A stretch of DNA of 64,000 nt, taken from positions 47,244,001 through 47,308,000 of the forward strand of contig NC_043009.1 of the NCBI RefSeq assembly GCF_006345805.1, written 5' to 3'. Below the pieces are notes generated by a model, which saw only the letters and a list, made by a program, of their open reading frames with translations, ran no database searches and was not told the origin of the DNA. Shown here in pieces: positions 40,501 through 52,292 of this stretch (positions within the stretch are counted from its first letter, which is position 1; each line of letters starts with the position of its first letter). The DNA comes from Octopus sinensis. Lineage: Eukaryota. The translations under genes were made by a program, and so were the position numbers.

Positions 40501-43500
40501 TTCACTGCACTTTACAATGATATTGCTAAACCAGTCACTGAGAATAATATGACTTTCCTTCCCTACCTGTAACCAATATAGTACCTAGACACATCATTTT
40601 TAAAGTTCATTTTTCCATGCTGGCATGGGTTGGTCAGTTCAACAGGACTGCACCTAACTCCCTTGTCTTCTCTGGCATGGCTTCTACAGCTGGATGCCCA
40701 ACCTAATGCCAACCTCTTTACTGAGTGTACTGGGTGCTTTTATTGTGGTATCATAAAACTAAGAGCTAACCCTTTAGTGTTTAGATTACTCTCTCTCTCT
40801 CAAATGTAATGCTTATCTATTCCCATTGTTTTGAATTAATCATGAATTATCTTGTAGCTAAGACATTTACAGGACATGATTGCTTAGTTTTAGAAAGACA
40901 TTGTAGGATAGGTGTAAGAGGCCAGCTCTGGCCAGTTTTAACAAAAGACTGGTAGAATATTTAGGTCAGATATTGCTGGTTTGAATGCTAAAGAGTGAAA
41001 TAACTCACCAGGCTTCCTCCAAGGTTTATCTTCTGCTTGAAGGCTATCAAAATCAAAGTCATATGTAGGAACACCATTATTTGTGCCAACAGCTTCCAAA
41101 TCAATTCCTTTTCCTTGAGGTTTATTTAAGCCGCTCGTTCCTGCAAATTATAAAAATAAATCTTGAATTAAAAGGAATTAAGTAATCAATCAGAGATTAT
41201 AGATAGTTTATTGATCCAAGTTTCCAATGAAATTAATTCAACCAATATGAATTACCTGAGGAAGATTTGTTATAACCAGTGCCCTGTTTGAAAATTCTTG
41301 GTGTCCTGGAATGAATAAATAAATAAATATAATTGAATTTTAAAAAAACATGAAACAAAACAAATCCAATAAAAACCAAAATAATTTAATGAAAATCTGT
41401 TATTGAAAGCAAATAAATCTGGAAGATTTCTTTTTTTTGTTTTTCGAGGTCATTAACTATGTCTGGAGACTGCAATGGCTCATTTGGGAATTGAACTTGA
41501 GTCAAAGAGTTGACTAGGAACAAACTATTATTCTACAATACTTGGTGTGGTTGAGAAGCTAGCTTCGCAACCATGTGATCTTGGAATCAGTCTCAATGCT
41601 TGGTACCCTGGGCAAGTGTTTCCTACTGTAGACCCAGGTCGACAAAAGGCACACAAGTGGATATGGTAGACATATTCTTGTCTCAACATATCGTGAGGGT
41701 TGCAAATGAACATCGCTGTCATACAAGTAATGGCATTTGTTTCCAGCCTTCCACGAAAACATGTTCAGTCATGGGGAAATATTATCTTGCTTAGAAACAT
41801 GTGAGGGGTGGCAACAGGAAGGGCATCTAGCCATAGAAAATCTACCTCATCAAATTCCATTAGACCTGTGCAAGCATGTGAAAATGGATGTTAAATGATG
41901 ATTATGATGGCTCACTGGAAGCAAACTATTTTATAAAAAGCTTTTAATAAAGTGAATAAAGTTTAATATTTTTTTTAAGTATCACTTAATTGTAGTTAAT
42001 TAAACAAAGACAAGATGTGAATACAAGTGCTAAAAGACAGCAAAATTCTTCTGAATAATAGAACCAATGCAATAAACCTTTTAGTGTTCAGATTATTCTG
42101 CCAAATGTAATGCTTGCTTATACACATTATTTTGAATTTATCCTGCATTATCTTGTGACCTTGATATTCCAATGATGTGATTGTTTATGTTCAAATTGAC
42201 ATTCTAGGGTAGGCGTGAGATGTCAGATCTGGCCAGTTTGAACATAAAACAAGTAAAATATTTTGACTGGATATATCCAGTTTAAATGCTAAAGGGTTAA
42301 TGCTGGTAATATATCAGACATAGAAAGTTTTCTGCATCAAACATTTGATCAGAGACAAAAATCACTCTTACACAAACACATACACAGAGTGCCACATTAC
42401 TAAAGCTGTTATGTTGAATCTGTGGGTCACCCAAGAGATTTAGATGCCTCCAGGGTCAGAATAACTATTATGGTTAAATTCTGAGATATTTTCTATTTCT
42501 TTACAAAAGAAAGATGGCAACTTACTCATAGACAGATGGTCCTGACTTGATGTCACCAATCGTAACCTGGACCAAATCATCATCATCGGAATCGTCATCT
42601 TCTTTCCGGTCACCAAGATCTTCTTCACCACTCTAGAAATTCAAAATGTCACAAGTTTGTTTCAACAAAAGTCAAAAGGCCATCAACAGATGACTATCAC
42701 TAACTTCAAAAGAGAATCACATGGGAGACAGAAAGAAAACAAACATTTTAAATCACTGGTACATGCATGGTTGTGTGGTTAAGAAATCTGTTTCCAGCCA
42801 TGTGATTTCAGGTTCAGCCCCACTGCATGGTGCTTGCATGGGCAAGTGTTTTCTATTACAAACCCAGGCCAATGAAAGCCTTCTGAGTGAATATTTGGTA
42901 GACAGAAATTGAAAGATGCCCATCATATATATATATATATATATATCAGATTGAGTAAAAAGTAAGCAGCGTTTTGAACCATGAAGAATTTGTACAGGAT
43001 TTTTGCAGAGTTTTGAATTTATTTTAAACATTTCTTTTGCAATTGTCTAATACAGACTTGCCCAAATGCATCAATAAATTAACATTGATATTTTCTTCAC
43101 CGTTGTTACAATAATCTGAAATGGAACTGGCAAAGCACGTTATTCAAGCAATTTTGCTATTCAACATCAAAAAAGGACTTAAAGCAGCTGAAATTGCTCG
43201 CGATATCAACGAAATGTTTAATGAGGAAATGATCAGTGAGTGGTCAGCTTGAAAATGGTTTAAATGATTTCACAGTGAAGACCTGAGCCTTGAAGATTAT
43301 GAGCATAGTAGACGTCCAACCGTCATCGATGACAGTCAATTAAGGACCGTTGTCGAGAAAGATCCATGTAAAACCACTTGAGAACTGGCAAAAGAACTTC
43401 AAGTTAGCCAGAAAACTGCATGCAATTGGAAAATCGAAAAAGCTTGACAAATGGGTACCACACGATTTGAATGAAAATCAGAAAATGCACAGATATGAAA

Positions 43501-46500
43501 TTTGTTCGTTGTTTCTTCTCCGTAACAAAACCAATCCATTTCTCAACCATATTGCAACTTGTAGTGAAAAGTGGATTCTGTACAACAATACAAAACATTC
43601 CTCGCAGTGGTTCGACCAAAATGAAGCACTGAAAACCTTCTTTCAACTCGAGCTCTTCAAAAAGAAGGTTATGGTGACTGGTGGTGTATTGCTGGACTCA
43701 TCCACTATAACTTCTTAAAACCCGGAAACATACTGCCATGAAATTGCCAAAACGAACGCGGGCATGGCTGTGTGGTTAGGGAGCTTGCTTCCTAGCTACA
43801 TGGTTTCGGGTTCAGTCCCACTGCGTGGCACTTTGGGTAGGTGTCTTCCACTATAGCCTCGAGCCGACTGGAGCTTTGTGATTGAATTCGGTAGGTGGAA
43901 GTTACTGCCATGTGTGTATGTGTGCGTATAGCTGCTCAGTGCCTCTCCGAAAGAGAGGGAGGGAACAAAAAACTGCTATTCCTCAGTCCCAGATTGGTCA
44001 ACAGAAGAGGGCCAATCATTCTTCATCACAATGCTCAACCACACGTTTCACTAATGATGCTCCAGAATTTGAGGGAACTTGGCTACCAAGTTTTTCCCCA
44101 CCCAGCTTATTCCCCAGACTTTTCCCCTGCCGACTACCACCTTTTCAAGCACCTTGATGGTTTCCTGCAAGAGGAGTTCAAAAATCAAACTGATGCCGGA
44201 AGTGTATACAAAGAGTTCATCAGCTCCAGAACAACAGATTTTTATGTTACTGGAATAAACAAACTTGTAATTCATTGGCAAAAATCTGTTCATTGTAATG
44301 GTACTTTGATGAATAAAATTTCCACATTGTTGAAATATATTGTGATGAATTTCATGTTTCAAAACGTTACTTACTTTTTACTCAGCCAGATATATTTATG
44401 AGAGAGTTCAAATTCTCCATCTGTATGTGTTTGTTTGCTGATTGTAAACAAAAATTTCACTGACAGTGTTTTTGCTTGCCATACACCATGAAAGCATGTC
44501 CAGGCTTATTGACATGTCTAGATATGTTGCACAATCTTTGTAAACAAAACACTCATTTGTATGATATTGGGTTTATCCCCCACCCCCATTTCTCCATATA
44601 TACATGTCTGAGTTATTTGTAGTTTGACAGATAAGGAGAATATTACCTCCCTTGGAAACAAGTGAGGATAGGTGACAGTAAAGGCATCAGGCTGTATAAA
44701 ACTCTATACCAACATATTCTCATGTGACCTATGCAAGCACCGAAAAGTAGACATTAAAACAATGATAATGGTGGTGATGCCAAGGTAATCATTCATATTC
44801 CCAACATGAGGTAATGACGTGGTAGAATAAGAACAAATTCCCATCGAAATTAATCAACATCAATGGAAATTGCAGCTGTGATACCAGTGCCTATGATACA
44901 TAAGAGAACCATCCGAACGTGGCCGTTGCCTGCGCCGCCCCGACTGGCCCCCGTGCCGGTGGCAAGTAAAAAGCACCATCCGATCGTGGCCGTTTGCCAG
45001 CCTCGCCTGGCCCCCGTGCCAGTGGCACGTAAAAAGCACCATCCGATCGTGGCCGTTTGCCAGCCTCGCCTGGCCCCCGTGCCAGTGGCACGTAAAAAGC
45101 ATCATCCGATCGTGGTCGTTTGCCAGCCTCGTCTGGCACCTGTGCCGGTGGCACGTAAAAAGCACCCACTATACACACGGAGTGGTTGGCGTTAGGAATG
45201 GCATCCAGCCGTAGAAACATTGCCAGATCAGACTGGGCCTGGTGCAGCCTTCTGGTTTCCCAGACCCCAGTTGAACCGTCCAACCCATGCTAGCATGGAA
45301 AGCGGATGCTAAACGATTATGATGATGATGTTGGCGTTATGAAGGGCATCCAGCCATAGAAACACTGCCAGATCAGACTGGGCCTGGTGCAGCCTTCTGG
45401 CTTCCCAGACCCCAGTTGAACCGTCCAACCCATGCTAGCATGGAAAGCGGATGCTAAACGATTATGATGATGATGTTGGCGTTATGAAGGGCATCCAGCC
45501 ATAGAAACACTGCCAGATCAGACTGGGCCTGGTGCAGCCTTCTGGCTTCCCAGACCCCAGTTGAACCGTCCAACCCATGCTAGCATGGAAAGCGGATGCT
45601 AAACGATGATGATGATAGAAAATGCAGTGCAGTCTGGAGTTACAGCCTTGTACATTATCAGTCCAAATACTGCCTTAAATGACTTTGCCTTCTAAGAACA
45701 ACTCTGGTTTATCTAGTGATTCATAACAGTTGTATGAAAACTTAGAGACATCAAATAAGAAGTCTATGAATATTCAATATTTCAACATGTCTAAAGCCAT
45801 AAATATTCTGGTTGTTAAAGGATGGTCGTGTGGTTAAGAAGTTCACCCCAACCATGCAAATTTTGGGGATCAGTCCCACTGTACAGCACTCTGAGCAAAT
45901 TTTTTCTATTATAGTGTGCATGTGTGTTGGAGAAATGGATGAACGTTTCTCATCTATTTTTGTGTCTGTTTTCTCATCCTAACATGGGTTAGATGAAAAT
46001 ATAATAGATGCATTGTTTTACAGCCAGATCCCCAACCTGTTGCTAACCATTACCAGTTTTCCATGTCTTTAATGGTGCAAAGCCAGCAGAAAATTTGTTG
46101 ACAGAGGAAATAACAACATCACTGTTTGTAGCTCGGTGATTTTTGGAGAAGCACAAATGCAAACAAACACACACACACACGCACGCGCAAGTGCACACAC
46201 ACACACACAAGGCTTCTCTCAGTTTCTGTCCACCAGAACTACCCAGCAGGCTTTGACCAATGTGGGGTTATAATAGAAGACATTCACCCAAGATTCTGTA
46301 CAATAAGACTGATCTCAAAAACTACATGGTGGTGCATCTATGTTTTTCATTCTGTTTTGTGCTTTATATATTCTCCTTTTATCAATTCTCTTTGTACAAT
46401 TTTGACAGATTTCTCTTACGCAAAGTAACTAATGTAAAGGTGCTGCAGTTTAGTTTTTAATAACATTACACTTAAACTATGTATAAGAACAAAACAAGTG

Positions 46501-49500
46501 ATTAAGACATTTGGTATGGCAACTTACACATTGAAGTACAAATATTTCACAGTTCAAACACTAGGTCTCACTGAGGCAATGACTAGTGACCGGGACTTTT
46601 GGAAATATGCTGTGCTTGAGTAGACCCGGCAAGCCAAGAGAGACCATAGCCTCGTGGCCTATGCCAAGGGTGTAACCAGCCCACTTATGCGTACCTTTCT
46701 TTCATTGGACACTAAACTCTGCTTGCGAAGACTTGTTGAGGCAAGTGAAATCGAAATCAAATTCGATGACTGGCATCCATGCTAGTGGAGCACTAAGAGT
46801 ACCATCCGAGTGTGATTGTTGCCAGAGCAGCAAACTGACCTCCTGCCGGTAGCACGTAAGCAGCACCATTCAAGCGTGATCGTTAGCAGCGTCACCTTAC
46901 TGGCACTTGTGCCGGAGGCATATGAAAAAACATTCGAGTGAGGTCATTGCCAGTGCCACTAGACTGGTTCCTGTGCAGGTGGCACGTTAAAAACATCTTT
47001 TGAGCATGGCCGTTGCCAGCACCACCTGACTGGCCCTCGTGCCAGTGGCACATAAAAGCACCCACTACACTCTCGGAGTGGTTGGCATTAGGAAGGGCAT
47101 CCAGCTGTAGAAACTCTGCCAGATCAGACTGGAGCTTGGTGCAGCCATCTGGTTCGCCAGTCCTTAGTCAAATCATCCAACCCATGCTAGCATGGAAAGC
47201 AGACGTTAAACAATGATAATGATGATGATGATCACAGTGATTGAAATTATGTGAAACCAGACTCACCAATTCTCCCGCTTCCTTATCATCAGGGTCTTTA
47301 GGTTTAGCCTGACTAGATCCATTAGTTGCTGATGGAGGACTACCTTCTTTCACTGAGCCTTCAGATTTTACACTTTCATCAGCATCGTTTCTGCCATCAC
47401 TAAACATAAAACGAAAATATTTGTTACATTTATAATAGAAATGGTTCTCAAAAGTTTACAGACAAACAAATGAAGAAAAAAAAAACACAAAATTCAATTT
47501 GGTTATGAGAATTGATCAGTAATTTTTGTTCCACATCCAATTTGTTTCATGAGATTGAGATTTGTTTAACCCTTTAGCATTCAGATTATTCTGTTAAATA
47601 TAATATTTATTCATCCATATTGTTTTGAGCTAATCATGCATTATTTCGTAGCTTTAAGATTTCGATGATGTTATCACTTTTTTTTTTAGATTGACATTAT
47701 AGGTTGGTGTGAGATACCAAATCTGGGCAGTTTTAACAGAAAACAGGTAGATTATTTGGGCCGGATATGGCTGGTTTAAACACTAAAGGGTTAAACACAT
47801 TAGGTTTCAAGTAGAATCTATTCTAAAAACTGAACAATTTATAGTATATCAGGGTTGTGGTTTTTTAGCTTGGTTCACAGTTATGTATCTTACTAAGAAC
47901 ACAAGGCATAGTCTGTAGACAGTACCCGTGATAGATAACACAGGCATGTTCATATAGCATCTTTGATATACCACGTGTTCACACTATACCAATCAAGAAA
48001 GTGCAGCAGACAACATCTATTGGCTGTCACAGAGACATATGATGGCCTCCATGGCATGTTGCAAAGGTATGTGTGGTCAGCAACCATGGCTTTTGTGCAA
48101 GTATTCATGGCTGCCACACAGCCACTATGTCATTCCACTTCATTTCTTAAAAATTTGTTCATCAAATGTTTTAAGTTTTCTTCTAAGGCAGTGATTCTCA
48201 ACCAGTATTTACTCATGGACCGCTTTGATCCCTATTTTACTCGGGTGGACCTCCATAGCCATTCAATGTTTAAAAAATCTCTATATATAAACGGCAGTTT
48301 GTCTGTGCGTGTTTCTGTGTGTCTGTTTGCTTGTACCCTCACCCTGACCACGGCTTTCAACCGATTCTGATGAAACTTGACACACACATAGGCCAATGTC
48401 ATAATTCAAAACTAACGCAGCGAAATTTTGAAAAGTTCCCCCAGTTCTGAAAAAAATCGATAAATTCGACATGGGGTCGACAATGAGAAACACAAACCAC
48501 AAACTATCTAGGGACGCAACTCCACCTTTTTTAAATCTCAAAAAAATTTACCATCATTTTTTCCATTTTTTTGCTATTTTTTGGCTATAACTCTCTAAAA
48601 ATGCTTTATAGTTATTCCCTTACAAACCTGAGCAACGCCGGGCGATACTGCTAGTCCTCTTATATTTTTATAATTAAATATTTTGTGTATTGTAAAAGCA
48701 TAGTCAATTCATTGCACATAAATTTTAACAACCAAATCTTATATAGACCCTGGTTGAAAACCAATGCTCTAAGATAACCAGAGCAAGCCTTAAAAATCAA
48801 TTTCAAGGAAAAAACTTACCTAGTTGGAGGAGGTTCTGAATTTTCTTTACTTTCAGAATCTAGAAAAAAAAAAGAAAAAGAAAAGAACAAATCAAAATAA
48901 CAATAAATTTAGTGATGACTATAAGATACAAATAAAATATGACAGCAACTAACAATTGATATGCATAATTTTGTCTCATCATAATTCTAAGATTCCTTTT
49001 CCCATGCTTGCATGGGTCAGACAAAATTGTTAAGGCAGATTTTTCTATGACCGGATGCTTTTCCTGTTGCCAACCTGCACTTGCATCCAAGCAAGTTAGT
49101 AATCCCTTAGTCTATCAAACAAAACAGCCTGGACATAGTCATGAAGTTTTGCTTATAAAGATTATGCAAAATGTCAAATAATCCAGACATGCTTTTGTGG
49201 TTGACTGTAAGCACATGACACTGCCCGATATATCATCATCGTTTAACGCCCGCTTTCCATGCTAGCATGGGTCGTTGACAGTCAACAAACGAAGTTTGCT
49301 TTAAAAGCGTTGAGATGTATTGAAAGATACAGATAAGGAAATAATTTTATTCCCAAACGCAGGATAATGCTAATATAGCATTAACAGGATAAGCTATCCA
49401 TATTTTGCAAAAAAATCTATTGGTAGCCAGATTTTTCTGCAAAATATGGATAGTTTATCCAGTTCATGCTATATTATTAGCATTATCCTGCGTTTGAGAA

Positions 49501-52228
49501 TAAAATTATTTCCTTATCTCTCTCTCTCTCATTATATATATATTTTTTAAAACCAAGGTCTGTCGTTTTGTTTGCAGACACCAAATACATAAAGACAAGT
49601 GAAAACCATGCACACAGACATACACATATGCTGTTTATATACATGAACAGGCTACTTCAGTTTCTGTCTACCAAATTTCACTTACAAGGTATTGGTCAAC
49701 CCAGAACTATTGTACGGAATATCAGCTTACAACATTAATGCAGTGAAACTGAACCCATAACCATTTGGTTTGGAAAGGAACTTCTAATTGGTCATCACCC
49801 TTTAACTCTACGCAACCTTTTTTTTACATTTGCAGGCGGCATCCCCGTCTCCTACTCTCTATACAATCTTGCAAGCAAACTTCACATTTTTCCATGCTTG
49901 AATGAGTCAGACAGAATTCAGTAAGGCAGATTTTGTATAGCCAGATGTCCTTCCTGTCACCAACCTTTCCAAGCAAGATAATATTTCCCCATGTCAGGAC
50001 ATGTCTTTGATGTTAGATTTGAAAGAAACAATAGCGTTGTATGACAGGGATGCTCATTTACAATTATTGCAGGATATCAAAAGAAAGACGTGTGTAAGTG
50101 CACACTCACACACACACACTGGTGTCTTTTCAGTAACATCTATGAAATTCACTCACAAGACTTTGGTCTGCTTTGATTTATATTAAAAGGCACTATCCCA
50201 AAGAGCCATGCAGCACAATTGAACCCAAACTAATATTGTCGGAAAGCAAACTTAACCATACAGCCATATCTGTAACTAAGTGAAATTGACTTACTGTCAA
50301 GTTAATGTTTTATGGTATAACAGGCCTCTGATACATAAACAGAGATTAAAAAACATGGTAACTTTTGACAAGTCACCAGACGAGGTACATCTGCACCGAA
50401 TGATGCACCACAACGATTTGTACAGAATCTCACCAATGCACAATGGGTTAAAACCATTGTAGTGATTAATAAAGAATTTCATGAATTCCATTTTCTCTTT
50501 CTCTCACATGGGTATGGATTCCATCAAATTTACTGAAATGTGAGAAGTGTCCATTTTGTCACTTTCCTATATTCATGCTTCTCTTCATAAGAAAGGGTTA
50601 GTTACAGAGCAAGGTTTCATTTTTATTTACTCAGCTCCTATAACTTTATATGGTTTTGATTCTTTTAGTATGCATTAAGGTAATGGAATTTTATGCTTGC
50701 TCTGATTAAAGTACTTTTATACAACCCTCACCTCAACCACACAGATCTACATTCACAAATTTGTAAAATTATTTTAATCAGACCAAGTAAAAATATTCCA
50801 TTATAATTATAAACTTAAAGAACTAATAAAACACGTGCAAAAAAGAAAAAAAATCAAAGCCAAATAATATAAAAGTGTAGGAGTTGAATAAATGAAAATA
50901 AAATGCTTAATGTTCCTATAAATAACCACTCTCTCTCTCTAAATCATATTAATGTTCATTTTTCCATGTTTGCTTAGGTCAGATGGGATTTACTGGGGTA
51001 CATTTTGTGCAGCCAACCCCCACGCGTTTCCAAGCAAGATATTACCCCATTGCTGGAAATGTCTTCACAGAAGATTGGAAACAAAAGACAAGTTGTAAGA
51101 TTATGACAGAGACACTCACAACTATCATGAAATGTCAAGACAAGCAAATACAAACACACATGGACATACACACACACACTATATATATCATCATCATTTA
51201 ATGTCCGCTTTCCATAGTGGCATAGGTCCGATGGTTTGACTGAGGGCTGGCAAGCCAGAAGGCTGCACCAGGCTCCAATAACTCTGAGAGTGTAGTGAAT
51301 GCTTTTTGCATGCCACCAGCACAAGGGCCAGTAAGGCAGTACTGGTATCAACCACACTCGAATGGTGCTTTTTACGTGCCACCAGCATGGGAGTCAGTAA
51401 GGTAGCACTGGCATCGACCACGCTCAAATGGTGCTTTTTATGTGCCACTGGCATGGGACCAGTCAGGCGGCACTGGCAACCACACTCAAATGGTACTTTT
51501 TTACATGTCAATCAGGCAGTACTGTCATCGGCCACGACGACTTCACTTGCCACAACAGGTCTTCTCAAGCACAGCATATCTTCAAAGGCCTCGGTGAGGC
51601 CCAACATTTGAAGGTCATGCTTCACCACCTCATCCCAGGTCTTCCTAGCTCTGCTTTTCCACAGGTTTCCTCTACTGCTAGGGTGTGACACTTTTTCACA
51701 CAACTGTCCTTATCCATATGCAACACATGACCATACCAGCGCAGTCATCTCTCTTCCACACCACATCTGATGCTTCTTATGTCCAACTTTTCTCTTAGGG
51801 CGCTTACACTCTGTCATGTATGCACACTGACATTACACATTCATGCACACACACACACATATATATAGTTCTGCGTTCAGTCCCACTGCATGGCACCTTG
51901 GGTAAATGTCTTCTATAGCCTCAGGCTGACCAAAGCCTTGTGAGTGGATTTGGTTGATAGAAACTGAAAGAAGCACGTGGTGTGTGTGTATATATATATA
52001 TATATGATGATGATGATATATATATATATATATATACACACATTGTGTGTGTGTGCATGTCTCTGTTCTCCCAACATCGTTTGACAACCGATGCTGGTGT
52101 GTATACGTCCCCGTAACTTATCGGTTCGGCAAAAAAGACCAATAGAATAAGTATTAGGCTTACAAAGAATAAGTTCTGGGGTCAATTTGTTCGAATAAAG
52201 GTGGTGCTGTCAAATGACAAACAGGTAA

Positions 52229-52259
<31 letters not shown>

Positions 52260-52261
52260 TA

Positions 52262-52292
<31 letters not shown>

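Noticed and set aside
44860-45283. Repetitive ORFs on both strands (also near 20600, 34706, 51194, 57192)
   Set aside because: Produced by 63-bp in-frame tandem units in an RTE 3' UTR; no protein motifs.
44920-45617. Regular repeats resembling a CRISPR array
   Set aside because: Contiguous tandem units without unique spacers, eukaryotic context, no cas genes.
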